A stretch of DNA of 64,000 nt, taken from assembly GCF_009914755.1 (NCBI RefSeq), contig NC_060947.1; one strand, 5' to 3'. Positions 1 through 14,019 of this stretch are shown in pieces. The notes below the pieces were generated by a model, which made no database searches, was not told the origin of the DNA, and worked only from the letters and a program-made list of their open reading frames with translations. The position numbers and the translations under genes were made by a program. Numbering within the stretch: position 1 is the first letter of the stretch; every line of letters starts with the position of its first letter. Source of the stretch: the human T2T-CHM13v2.0 reference genome, Homo sapiens.

Positions 1-2705
1 GGCTAAACTTTTTATCATTATAAAATGTTCCTTATTGTCTTAGTAACAATTTTTGTCTTAAAGTCTGTTTGATACCAGTATTGCCATTCCAGCTCTCTTT
101 TGACTACTATCTTCTTGGCGTATAATTTTTCTTCCTTTTACATTCAACTTATTTGTACCTTGAGTCTAAATTATGTCTCTTATGGAAAGCATATCATATG
201 TTTCTAAATTAACTCTTTCAACCTCTGGCTTTTGATTGAAGTGTTGAATTCATTTAAATTTAGTATAATTACTGATAGAATTTACATCTTCCATTTTGAT
301 ATATTTTCATGTCTTATGTCTTTTTTCGTCCCTCTATTCTTCCATTGCTGTCTCCTGTTAAATAGATATTTTTTATTGCATCATTTTAATTCCCTTGTCA
401 TTTGTTTTAATATGTTTTTAAAAGTTATTTTACTAATTGCCCTGGGGATTGCAATGAACATCTTAACCCATAACAGTCTAGTCAAATTAATACCAATTTT
501 AATAATATATCAGAACTTTTATCCTATACCTCTCTATTCCCACTGCCTTTCATTGTGCTATTACACAGAAATTAATTTTTATAATTCTGTATCCATCAAC
601 ATGGATTTATAATTATTGGTTTATGTGGTTGTCTTTTATATGAGATAAAAGAAGAAAAATATAACAAGCAAGAATACGTTTTGTCTCTTATGTTTACCTA
701 TAGCTACCTTTAGCAATACTACTCATGATTTCATGCAGATTCAAGTTATTGTCTAGGGTCCTTTCATCTGATCCTGAAATTACTGTCTGGTGTCACTTTC
801 TCTCAACCTGAAAAACTACCTCTGGTATTTCTTGTACAGCAGGTCTACTAGCAATGAATTATTTTCCTTAGGAACGTCTTAAGTTTTCACTTATTTTTTG
901 AAGTATGGTTTTGCTAGCTATAGAATCTTTGGTTGAAAGTCTTTTTTTCTCAGTACCTTAAGTATGTCATCCCATTGCCTCTGGCCACATCATTTCCGAT
1001 GAGAAAGCAGCTGTTAATTTTACTGAGGATCCCTTAAACATGAGTCACTTCTCTCTTGGTGTTTTCAAGATTCTCCATGCCTTTGGCATTCGACCATTTG
1101 ACTAGGATGTGTCTCTTTGTAGATTTCTTTTTTTTTTTCATCTTACTTGAGATTTGTGGAGCTTCTTGGATAAATTTATTAATGTTTTCTATCCAACTTA
1201 AAAAGAGTTTGACTATTATTTATTCACATTTTTTTTCTGCCCAGTTTCTTTTTCTCCTCTATGGTTTTTCATTACATAAATGTTGTCCTTAATGTTGTGC
1301 CACAGCTCTGTAAGTCTCTATTCACTTTTCTCCATTCTTTTTTCATTCTGTTCCTTACACTGAATGCACTCAACTGACCTTTCTTCCCACTATCTTATTC
1401 TTTTCTCTGCCTGCTTAAATCTGGGGTAAAATTCCTTTAGTTAATTTTTCATTTCAGTTATCATATTTTTCAACTGAAGAATTTCTACTGATTTTTCAGA
1501 ACTTCTTTTTATTGATATTCTCAATTTGATGGGACATCATTCTTGTATTTTCTATTAGGTCTATAAACATGTTTTATTAAAAGTTATTTAGATATACTTA
1601 AAACAATTGAAGTCTTTGTCTAGCACATACAATGTCTGAGCATCCTCAGGGAGACATTATATTAATTGCTTTTTTCCTTTGTGTATGAGCCATATTTTCC
1701 TGTATATTTGCTCATCTCATAAGTTTTTGTTGAAAACAGGACTTTTCAAATAATCTAATGTAGCAACTTTGGTAATCAGATTTTCTCCATTTCCCAGGGT
1801 CTCTTGCTGTTGCTGTTAGTTGTTATTTGTTTCTTCAGTTACTTTTCTACACTAATTCCTTAAGCCTATATTGTTTATTCTGTGTCACGACTGAAATTTT
1901 TGCTAAGTATAGTGGTCATATGGCACCAATAATTTTCCTAGTCCTTGCCAAAGGGCTTTTGTGCATGTTTGGGCCCAAATTCAACACTCAGCCAGGCAAT
2001 TGAAAACTCCATTTTATCCCTCACTGCCTGCTTGTGTAATGTCTTAAGTTTAGCCAGAAGTGAGAGCTTAAGACCTTGTCATATCTTTCTTGGACATGCA
2101 AACAGCTTTACAAAGGCATGTGGCCTTCTACATTCTCGGGAACACATCTGAGCTTTCAAAGCCTCTTTGGTCATCTTAATTCCTAGATTTTAAGGTTTTT
2201 GGATAGTTTACCTCAGGCAGCCATGAAGTTAATCAATTTCCTCTCATTTTTATTTTTCGGAACAAATGTCCCTAAGAAAAAGGCTTTTCAAACTGTGCAA
2301 GCTCCATGTCTAGTCAAATAAAGAAGGCTTTGCAAGTAGAGTCTTCCAGTTACCAGAAAGATCAAATAATGACAGTGGGATAGAACTTTGAAGAGGCTTC
2401 AGATCCATTCTGCCTCCTGGCTGTGAGGCTGTCTGTTTCCAACAAGATTGAGGACCTTAGATTTTCAAGCCTACTGTGGAGGTGGAGGAGGGAAAGATAG
2501 GAATAGGGTGAGTTAAAATGGCACAAACTTACTGTTCTTACTAAGACTCAGCTTTTTTTCTCTCAAATAAAACCATTCTTCAGATTGCTGCAAGCTTTCG
2601 GTGAATCTCCATTGTTCTGAGAACGTTGATTCTGCTGTCTCTGTTTTCTCATTGATTTTATGGAGGAGAAAATTTTCAGAGATTCTAACTCCATCATTTT
2701 TACTG
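1..2705 (-). mobile_element. Old L1M (mammalian-wide LINE-1) 5' part: ORF2 start, ORF1 and 5'UTR in antisense
   Basis: T-rich antisense L1 motifs such as tttttgtcttaaagtctgtttg, ccattccagctctctttt, gcaggtctactagcaatgaatt and ctatagaatctttggttgaaag; highly diverged; runs off the window start. Confidence 0.75.
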
Positions 2706-2744
2706 ACCTCCCTCTGTTTTTATAAATAATATTTTATTGGGACC

Positions 2745-3669
<925 letters not shown>

Positions 3670-3849
3670 GGGCACGGTAGTGTTCATTCATTTTGTGTAT
3701 TATTTCGCATTACAATGGGAGAACTGAAGAGTCATGACAGACTGTATGCCCTCAAAGTCTAAAATATTTACTATCTTGTCCTTTACAGAACAAGTCTTCC
3801 AACTTCTATTATATGACATTTTTATATTGTTTTGGAAGTTAGACTAGTT

Positions 3850-4004
3850 CAGTTGCTCCTAACCTAGGTTCCCATCAAAATCATTTGCGATGCTGGCTTA
3901 AAACTCAGATTTGAGGGCCCCACACTCAGAAGTCTGATTCAGTGGGTATGGAGTACAACCAGCAAGTCTGTGTTTTTTAAAATGCCTCAGGAATCCTGAT
4001 GCAG
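3850..4004. mobile_element. MER5-like hAT-Charlie fossil
   Basis: cagatttgagggccccacactcagaagtctgattcagtgggt...cctcaggaatcctgatgcag resembles the MER5A core. Confidence 0.6.
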
Positions 4005-5110
4005 ATAATTATATTATTAGGAACAAATGAAGTAACTGGTTTCTCGTATTCTTTCTAAATGTATGATTCTGTATGTTAGATTTCCAATAGCAAGCCCTAG
4101 TAACATCAAATGGGGAAAATAGTCATATGCTCATTATCAAGCATTGTGTTTTCACTCCTATTATCAACAAAAGTTCCATTTTGTTTAAATGGATTCATCT
4201 CTAGTTTATTACAGTCAATAGTCCATGGAGGAAGAATTAATGGACCTGAAAGCCTGAATTTTTCCAAGTGTGTGTGAATTGCCCTTTACTGACATTTTCT
4301 TTCAAGGACCCAAACTTACTCAATTTTCTTACTTGACTGACAGATCTCAAGAAGGCTCAGGGCCCTATCTAAGATAATAAACTGTTCTTTTTAAATAATA
4401 TAACATAATTACAAGTAAGCCTCTAATTAATACAATTTGCAGTAGAGGCTCTCTTTTTATAAATCCATTTCATGTGTATGAAATACACATAGTTATGAAT
4501 ACTTTATTTGATGAATGGGCACTAACAGAGTGCCCATATACTCATATATGAGAAAAGGCCACTCAAGTTTATGTATTCTTGCTCTGAAGCCCTTTTCCAA
4601 TACTCCCTGTTCCTAAAAGTCTTTACTAATAAAGTTGACTGATTTTAAGGTATTATTTAACTAAATTTATCCCTTGAAACAGATAAGCAAATTATTTAAA
4701 TATGTCCTTAAAACCCCAGAATTACTCTTTAAGTTAAATATCAAAAATCTCTAAGAATAAATACTTTTATGTGGGTGGCTAGGGAGTTTAATGAATTTTG
4801 ATTCCCTAGGCCCACAATTACTAAAGGATTAAAGTGGATTAATTATACACAAAGTTTCATTTTTTGCTTAACAAAAGATAAATAACCAAAACTACCTAAA
4901 ATTGTACTTGTCTCAGAAGGATGCTTAAGCCAGTTATGACATCGAAGGTAACTTTCGTTTGGCGAGTAATAAAAATTATTACCAAGAATTATGGAATAGC
5001 CCGTAAGTAATTCAATAAATCACTAACTTTCTAATTTGGGAAAATTTTTCTTCATTGTAAATACAACTATTTCTCACTATTTAATGAAGAAAAAGTGGGT
5101 CCAAATAAAT

Positions 5111-5505
5111 TGTATTAGTTTGGTAGGGCTGCCATAACAAAATACTACAGAATGTGTGACTTAAACAACACAAATTTCTTTTCTTACAGTTCTGGAGGCT
5201 GAAAGTCCAAGATCAAGGCATTGGCAAGGTTGATTTCCTCAGAGGTCTCTCTCTTTGGCTTGCAGATGGCTGCCATCTTGCTGTCTCTTCACAAGGTTGT
5301 TCCTCTGTGGACACACACCCCTGGAGTCCCTTCCTCTTCTTATAAGGACCCCGGTCATATTGGATTAGGGCCTTACCCTAACGGCCTCATTTTGACTTAA
5401 TCCCATTTTTAAAGGCCTTACCTTCAAATACAGTTACATTCTTAGATACTGAGTGTTAGAGCTGCAACATATGAATTTTATGTAAATATAATTCAGCCCA
5501 TAACA
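5111..5505 (-). mobile_element. MLT1B-like ERVL-MaLR solo LTR
   Basis: tgtattagtttggtagggctgccataacaaaatac...cagttctggaggctgaaagtccaagatcaagg...attcagcccataaca with TG...CA ends. Confidence 0.85.
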
Positions 5506-5824
5506 TGGCTGATGACATAGTAAACTATAATTTACAAAATTAATGTTTATCTGGGCCTGTGAATCTTCTTAAAAGTCACGTAAATGAAAAATATGTAGAA
5601 AATAGAGGAAAATGAGGTCAGATCATACAGGAATGATGGAACCAGTAAAGTGAATATTTACAGAAAGTTAGAGTGGAAATCTACTTCATGCAATAGCAGT
5701 AGGACCAATGTAGAAATGATAAAGTTCATCACCTAAGTAGTGCTTTAACTGTATTCTACAAGCTAGGTGTAGTGTTTTCATTATCATCTACTCCCAATTA
5801 TGTGCCCACTTTCTTTCTGATTGT

Positions 5825-6430
5825 CTGTGGTCCATTAATTATTTGAGAAGTGCCTTTTAAAAAACTTCCAAACAAACGAGATTTTAGCCATCTTTCCATT
5901 ACTGATTCTAAATTTTAATACACTGTGGTCATAGAATGTGGTCAGCATAGTATTTATGTTTGGTATTTATTAAAAACTGTCTTAGGAATAGGCTATGTGT
6001 GCTTGAAAATAATGAATATTTGTAAATTATTGGGGGCACAGTTTTATATATATATATATATATGCACACTAGACTAAACTGTTTAATTGAATTATTCAAA
6101 TATTTTAGGCTATTATAAATTATTGGTGTACTTAATCATTCAATGTCTGAGAAAGACGTTAAAATTTTTTCCAGTATGACTGTGGACTTAACAACATCTG
6201 CATATATGTATAATAATTTTTCCTTATACACTTTGAGGCTATACTGTTTAAGGAGAACAGGCCCAGAGTTTTACAACTTCCTAGTGAAATGTTCCTTATG
6301 ATTTTTAAGTAAAGATGATCTTTATCTTTTAAAATGCCTTTAATCTAAAAGTCTATTTTGATATTTTTGCTGGGCCGATTTTTTTTTTGGATTGCATCTA
6401 TCTAGTGTATTTTTTCTTATTCTATACTTT
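5825..6430 (-). mobile_element. Old L1M ORF2 endonuclease-region fragment
   Basis: Degenerate antisense ORF2 motifs (ttttaatacactgtggtcatagaatgtggtc, cttgaaaataatgaatatt, tctgagaaagacgttaaaa). Confidence 0.55.
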
Positions 6431-6929
6431 TTTATTTTTGTATTTAAATTTTATTATGAAAACATTCAAGCTTGCAAAAATCAGATAGGTCTAATAAGCT
6501 GTCATGTAATTATCTCCATGCTTAAATAGTTGTCCACATTTTGCAAATCTTGTTCTGTCTGTCTCACACCTTCATATGTATCTAGGCACCTTATACATTA
6601 CAGAAAAAACAGGATATTTTATCCCAGATCATACTCTTTCCAGCTTATTTTTTTCTAGTATTTTAGTCCCTCCTGGTTAGACAGCCACCAAAGTAATTAT
6701 TATTAAGAGTGGTTTTCACAGTCAGTGCAAAGTTAACATACACATTTACTAATTTCTTTATTCACCAGTGCTTCTTACATTCAACTCATTTTTTTTTTCT
6801 GGGGTTCAGTTTTCTTCTTCCCAGGGTAAAACACTGGTAGCTTTAGAATAATTTGAGCTGAGGTATTGGCTATTAATTATAGAAGAGAGAGAGTACAAGC
6901 AGATAAAAGGTTTTTACACTATTCCTGTT

Positions 6930-7235
6930 GTGAAACCCTACGAGTCTGAACTATGGTGTTGCCAATGGAAATGAAAAAGAAGTGGTGAATCTGAGAGACA
7001 TTACAGGAGTGACTGATTAGATATAAAGGGGGCTGTCATCTAAGGTAAATTTTTTTTTTTACTATATTTTTGGTGAAGTCTCAACCTCTATTCAGAAACA
7101 CATGAAGAATATTTTTAACCGTGGACATACTAAATTTGAGCTGTTTGGGAGACATTTGGGTAGTAAGCGTTCTATAGACATTTGAAAATGAGCCTGTCTT
7201 AATGTAGAAAGTTGAATATGGAGATACACAATTGA
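6930..7235 (-). mobile_element. L2 fragment
   Basis: gtggacatactaaatttgagctgtttgggagacat and gtggtgaatctgagagacat resemble L2 antisense motifs. Confidence 0.5.
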
Positions 7236-7404
7236 CAAAAGGAGAACATTGTTGTCCAATATTCTAAATTCACCTCATCTTCTCCACCACCTTCTGAACA
7301 TGTACATACATCTGTCTTTACTTCCCTGGGGAAGGCGGGGTAGGGGGTGCTTCATTAGATTATCTCTGGTCATCTAATATATCTTAATTTGACAATGGTT
7401 TCAA

Positions 7405-7566
7405 ATATTGTTATTCAAAATGCTGTCTGTAGACCAGCAATAGAACTTGGAAGCTTGTTAGAAGTGCAGAATCTCAGCCCTGTCCCAGGCCTTGTAATTC
7501 AGAATCTGTATTTTACCAAGATCCACAGGTAATTCAATATGTACATTGATTGTTGAGATTCACTAT
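7405..7566. mobile_element. MER5A/B-like hAT-Charlie fossil
   Basis: cttggaagcttgttagaagtgcagaatctcagccctgtcccagg...tcagaatctgtattttaccaagatccacaggtaattc. Confidence 0.7.
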
Positions 7567-8222
7567 TTTGAGGTAGTCTTAGAGCTGGCCTTGTTTGGGC
7601 ATATGACTAGCTCCGAACATATCTCTTCACCTGATTTTACTTTTGAATGAGAAAAACAGATAAAAACATTCAGCCTGAAGGGTCAAAAATTGACATCATA
7701 GTTTTTCCTGAAAGTAGATTTGGGTAAGAATTAGGAGACATAATAGTAGATGCAGAGAATAAAAGGTAACTTTGAGGTGCCTGCAAAAGCCGACTTGTGG
7801 AAGCCTCTTTGTTAGATTACACATTAGCATTTCAGTTGTTGGATCATGAGGAGGTCTGGAAGTCCAATGGGAGGGGCCAAGCAGGCAGGGTAAATTTGTG
7901 GTGGAATATAACACCCAAGGGACTTAAACAGTTATTTGCTAAACCATGGGTAGTATTTCAGTATTGTAACAAATAGTATAACCTTACCCTGGGGAGTCAA
8001 GAAGGGAGCGGCTCAGGGATATTCATTTCATAGCCTAATGGCATATATTTCACAAACAGAGATTATCCAAGATAAAACTCTTGGTAGCAAATTTGTAAGG
8101 AAGAAATAGAGATATTTGGGGAACTTTTTGGAAATACCCCTTCAATTTCATATTTGAAGCAGCTACTGCTATTCTTATGTTTTTTTATTCTTATGTATGT
8201 TTTACTCCTGGAACTTTTATGC

Positions 8223-8728
8223 TACTGAGGAGGAGATATAATTTTCCCTCAACCCTCATAATTTAGTAGTGTGGAAAAACCCCTGTAATTAAAGACAAAT
8301 TAACAAGAGAAAAACAAGCAAGTTTATTAATGCATGCAGTGTACATCACAAGGGAGGAACCTCAATAAAAGGTAACTCAAGGCAGTGGCTTAGAACTCTG
8401 GCTTCTATAGCATCTCCAATAAGGAACAATAAATTTGTAGAGAAAATACAGGATAAAAGAAAACAGCTTTATGCTTCCAAAGACAGGAAACTGTGGGAAG
8501 GTAAATGCAGTACATGGGAAGAAACTAATGGAATAAAGTTCATTTACAGATTCCCCGGGTGTCATTTCTGGGCCGATAAGAATTGTTCCCAATAAAAGAG
8601 AATTTACATCCTGTCTTTAGGATAGGGAGAGTTTTTCCTCTGGTTGCTGCTTCTTAATTGCCTTTACCTCAAAAATATTTTTATGCCAAAGAGGTATATT
8701 TTGGGGTGACATAGTCTGCATTCCTTTA
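8223..8728 (-). mobile_element. MER34/MER39-group ERV1 solo LTR
   Basis: aaagacaaattaacaagagaaaaacaagcaagtttattaa near one end and ttatgccaaagaggtatattttggggtgacatagtctg near the other, typical of MER4-group LTR termini. Confidence 0.6.
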
Positions 8729-9534
8729 GTACTATCAATTACACATCTTAGGGACTAAATATATTATAATTGGTTTTGACTTTTTGCCATCACTAAAATG
8801 AAAAAACTTCTACTCTCTATCCATATCTATATGCAAACACTTGGCACAAGGCCTGAGAAAACCAATGGGATATAATTACATCTGTTATATTCTCTCCTTA
8901 TTTCAGGTGAGATACTATCATTGATTTTATGCCATGGGTATTAAAAAATAGTATTTTTCTTCAAAAGATATTATTTCATTTAAATTGGACAAATTACAAC
9001 ATGATTAATATTTTAAATTGCAAGACTAAATATAAAAACCAAAAATAACGTAGTAAACATAATCTAATCTACAAAAATTCAAACTAGAAAAATGGGCAGG
9101 AAACATCAGCTCTATGTTTGTTGCAGTGCTTGAAAGTTACTAAATAACAGAGTCAATTTGTGCTATTTACAAATTTACAAGTTTCCTTCTAGGCTAAATT
9201 TAGATGTTGTGCTTTAATGGATACAGTTCATAATGAAACAATAACATTTAATAAAATTTATATAATTGAGTAAATCATTGGTGCTTACATTTTTTGCTTA
9301 ATATAAGTTGGAATATATGGCTCAGTGTAACAGACATTAAAACTGCAAACTAGGTGAAGTCCTCAATATATATACCAGAAAGGAGGAAATGAGGAAGAAA
9401 TAAAAGTTGAATTGGGGCCATCATTCTAATCTTTACCATCTGCAGTAGATAGATGTGAGCCAGTGAAACATAAAGGTAGCCATTAATAGATTATAATATT
9501 AGTTCATGTCAGTTGGTGTTAAAATTGTCTGGAG

Positions 9535-12500
9535 GAAGGCTTGTGGTTTCAGCTCTAATGTGTAAAGAGCTTAGAAGTCATCACTACATTTCTTATAATA
9601 AGAAAAAGCTGAAAAAACTGAAAAGGACTTATTAGAGAGATGAATTTACAGGGCAAACACTAGCCCAAAACTTGGAGTGACAGTTGAACCCAGAGAGTTA
9701 TAGCTGAGATTTGCTTACCTGGAGTAAAAGCTGCTGTAAGCCATAAACTCATAGAAACACTTAAATGGTGATTTTGATGAATTGCTAGAGACTGAATGTG
9801 GTATAGTGTAAAAATGAAAAACTCCTGGCGGCAGCAGTCTTAAGAGAGACACCTACACTTTTGTGGGCTTTATGTCTAGCAACCCCACAAGATTCTCACA
9901 GTATAGATTTAAGGAAGATCTCCTCAAGGGTCAAGCAAAGGGAACAAAAGAATAATCCTCATAAGATACTACAGAGCATTCTCCATAACAAAGTCCTACT
10001 CTCCAGAGGTAAAGACTTTACCAGAACATTTTCCCAGAGCCATGGGGGTAGAGTCATTCTCTGGCCTTCCTGTTTCACTTAAATTTGGAGATGGGATAAA
10101 CATTTAAAAAAAAAACAATAAAAAACCACTTGTGAAGGTCATAGGCCAAAGACATAGGCCCACTAAAAACTGAGATTTAATTGGAAGATTATAGAATTCT
10201 TCCACTTCTCCATACCTTACCACCATTACAACAGAAATCCAGTATAATAATAATGACTACAGTTGAAAGAGTTGTAATATACAGAATCTCTATAAGGAAG
10301 AATACTTAGAAAAGGCCAAGGCAAGACTGGATGTGAAAATAAGGGCACTACAAGAATTTGAAGTCTTTTCACTTATAGATATAATGACTATTAAATACAG
10401 CCCAATTTTTAGCTACATTACCATCAATCTTCACATTAGAGACAGATTTACTTCAGTTCCTATTACTTAAAACATCATGCTCAGTCCTCAACAACAACAA
10501 AACTCAACAACAACAAAACACAAGGTACACCAAAAGGCAAGTGAAAACAGTCTGAAGAGGTGAAGCATTAGAATGGGGTTCAGATATGACAGAAATGTTG
10601 AGCTTATCATACAGAGAATTAAGATAGCTATGATTAGTATGTTAAGGGCTCTAATAGAATAGATAGCATGCAAGAACAGATCGATAATGTAAGCAGAGAG
10701 ATGAAAACTCTAAGAGAAAATCAGAATTGTTAGACATCAAAAACACTGTAAAAGAAATAAAGCATGTATTTGATGGGCTCATTAGTGAATTGGACGAAGT
10801 GAGGAAAGAATCAGTGAGCTTGAACATAAGTCAATAGAAACTTCTCAAATGGTAATGCAAAGAAAAAAAGAATAAATAATAGAACATCCAAGACATGTGC
10901 AACAATTACAAAGGTATGATGCATGGGTAATTAGAAAGAATTGAGCAGAAGTAATATAACATAATTATATACGAGAACTATCCAAATAGGACAGACACCA
11001 AAGCAAAGATCAAGAAAGCTCAGAGAACACAAAGCAGAATAAACATCAGACATACTAGGCACTGAAGTATCATACTCAAATCGCAGAAAACCAAATATAA
11101 AGAGAACAACTTGAAAGAAGGTGGGAGCATGAAACACATTACTTATGTAGAAAAAAGAATAAAAATTATAGCAGACTTCTCATAAAAAAAACATGCAAGT
11201 CAGAAAAGAGTGGAGTAGGATATTTGGTGTTCAAAGAAAGAAACTACTAACCCAGAATTCAATATACAGTAATATAATTCTTCAAAAGCTAAGAAATAAA
11301 AGACTTTCTCAGACAAACAAAAACTGAAGGAATTCATCACCAGTATACTAGCAGACTTGCCCTGCAAAAAAGTTAAAAGATATTCTTCAGGCAGAAGGAA
11401 AGTGATATAGTTCAGGAACTTGGATCAACACAAAGAGAAAGAGTGTTGGAAAAAGAATAAATGAAGGTGAAATAAAATCTTTTCTTATTCTTATTCTTAA
11501 ATAATTTAAAATATAAGTCTTTATTGTAATAAGAGAACAATGCATTGAATAATTTTAGCATGTAAATAAGTGAAATAAATGACAGCAACATCATAAGGAA
11601 AAGGTGGGGGAAATTGTGGATACTCTGTTAGTATGTATTGGCAGTACATGTAATATAGAATGGTATTATTTGAAGGTTGACTTAGATATGTAAATATATA
11701 TATTATAAACTTTAGGAAAACTTCTATTTTTAATAACAATGATTGTTACACCAAGAGAGATTATACATAATCATATAAAATGTTCAATTAAAGCCAGATA
11801 AAGCAGAAAAAGAAGCCTCTGTCACGAATAAAAGCAATTACAAATGCATTTGATGTGAATCCACAATATTATTTCAAATATATCAATAATCATTTTAAAT
11901 ATTAGTGGTTCAAGTGCACCAATTAAAATACAGAGATTACCAGAGTAGGTTAAAAGACAAGACCGTAAGATATAATTCAATAACAAATCTGCTTAATTAG
12001 AGTGAGCCCTATGTGTTAAAAGTAGTGGGATGAAGAAAGATATATCATGCTAACACTAAGCAAAATAAACTTGAAGTACCTACATGAATTTCACAAAAAC
12101 AAAATTCAGAGCAAAAACAAGTAATCAGTGATAAAAAGGATAGTACATAATGATGAAGGGATCAATTTTCTAAAAAGATATAACTATCCTAAACATGTAT
12201 GCACCTAATAACAGAGCATCAAAATGCCTGAGGCAAAAACTGATAGAATTGAAGGAAAAATAAACAAATCTTTTATTAAAGTTAGGGATTTCATCAGCAT
12301 ACTTACAAACATCTCCATCAGTAATTGATAGATTATACTGGCAGAAAGTGAATAAGGATATATTTGACTTGAACAACACTATCAATGAATTGGATCTAAT
12401 TGACTTTTATAGAACAACCCATTATCTTACAGAATTAGATGTCATCTTACCATACAATTTAGCAATCATGTGTCTAAGTATCTACCCAACTGATCTGATA

Positions 12501-13480
12501 ATTTATGTCTGCAAAAAAAACCTTCATGTGGATATTTACAGAAGTTTTGTTTATAGTCATTATATTATCATACTCACCAAAGTCAACAAAACCTAGAAGC
12601 AACCATAATATCTTTCAATGGGTGAATGGATAGACAATGGATTAACATTCAGTGATAAAAAATAAATGAGCTATCAAAGTATAAAAAGTCAGGGATTAAA
12701 CCTAAATTTATATTTCAAGTAACAGAAGCTAGTCTATAAAAGTTACATATTGTATTATTCCAATTATGTGACATTCTGGAAAAGGTAAACCCATTGAGAT
12801 GGTAAACATTTCAGTGATTCCCTGCCATTTCAGTGATTCCCTGTGCAGACAGGGAGGTGGGGGATTAAATCACAGGGCTTTTTTTTAAGGAGTGAAACTG
12901 TTCTTTATGATACTATAGTGACCAATAGCACGTTAAACATCTTTGAAAATCCGTAGAATCTTCAAGTCCAGTACTACTATAAAGACACATGCACACATAT
13001 GTTAACAAATGATAGTGATAGTGTATACCCTTAAAATGATGTGATGGGAGTTGTACTTTATTGCTGTGGTCTTCTTTCCCCAAAACTTTAATCTAATAAT
13101 GAGAAAAATGCCAGATACATCCCAGCTGAGGGACATTCTACAAAGTACCTGGCCAGTACTACTTGAATTCTCAAGGGCTTCAAAAACATGGAAAGTCTGA
13201 GATGTCAGAGTCAGTAGAAGTCTAAGGAAACATGACAACTAAATGCAATAGGATCTGCTGGATAGGATTCTGTAACAGAAAAATAACCTTTGGAAAATTT
13301 GGAAAAATCTTAATAATGTACTTTAGTAACATTAATATATCAATATTGATTTATTAATTGTGGCAAATGTACTATAATAAGATGCTAATAATAGGAAAAA
13401 CTGTGTGAAGGTGTACAAGAACTCGCTGAACTATCTTTGTAATAGCTCTATAAATCTAAAGCTGTTCTAAAATAAATTTT
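9535..13480 (+). mobile_element. Old L1MC-type element (5'UTR, ORF1, ORF2 start, then 3' end) with large internal deletions
   Basis: A-rich ORF1 remnants (ctaacccagaattcaatatacag, ctttctcagacaaacaaaaactgaaggaattcatcacc). EN remnants (taactatcctaaacatgtatgcacctaataacagagc). Jumps at about 12420 to the ORF2 C-terminus and an L1MC3-like 3'UTR (gagggacattctacaaagtacctggccagtac). Confidence 0.7.
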
Positions 13481-14019
13481 TTTAAGTTTATTTTAAAAAT
13501 GTGACCTGAGACATATATATGTATCTGTGCCAGATTTAAACTTCACGGCCCCTCACCTGAACAAACACACTTTCCAAGGCCCTAAAATCAATATGCTTAC
13601 ATGGTCTCATATTCTTGTAATGTTTTTAAAACTGAGACATTTTAAACACAATTGGTTAAATAACTGTTCTTTATACTTCAAATCTCTCTCCATCATTTTT
13701 TCTCTCATGTAGTTTTGGAGAGGGCACAGGCACTTTGGGGATCATGGTGAAAAGAGGTTGTGTTAGAAATACATTTAGTTTGGCTGTGGAGTAATGTGTG
13801 AAATTTTGGTTCTCACTTATTGTCATCTATAATTATAGCTAGGATTACTGGCATAAGAATGGCTTCCAAGTATACTCCTACAGCTCACTGTGCTAACTTA
13901 CCTTGCATTATGACAGGAAAGTGTAAGGTCATGTTATGTTATGAATGTGTGCTGCAGTGAACAGCCAGAAACATAAGGGTAGTGGGGAATCTAGATTGAA
14001 ATATACATAGCTAGAAGGT

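Noticed and set aside
232-612. 126-aa hydrophobic ORF resembling a membrane protein
   Set aside because: It is the T-rich antisense strand of an old L1, which gives F/L/I-rich chance ORFs; non-ATG start
7327-7347. G-quadruplex candidate ggggaaggcggggtaggggg
   Set aside because: Only three runs of three or more G, so not a canonical G4
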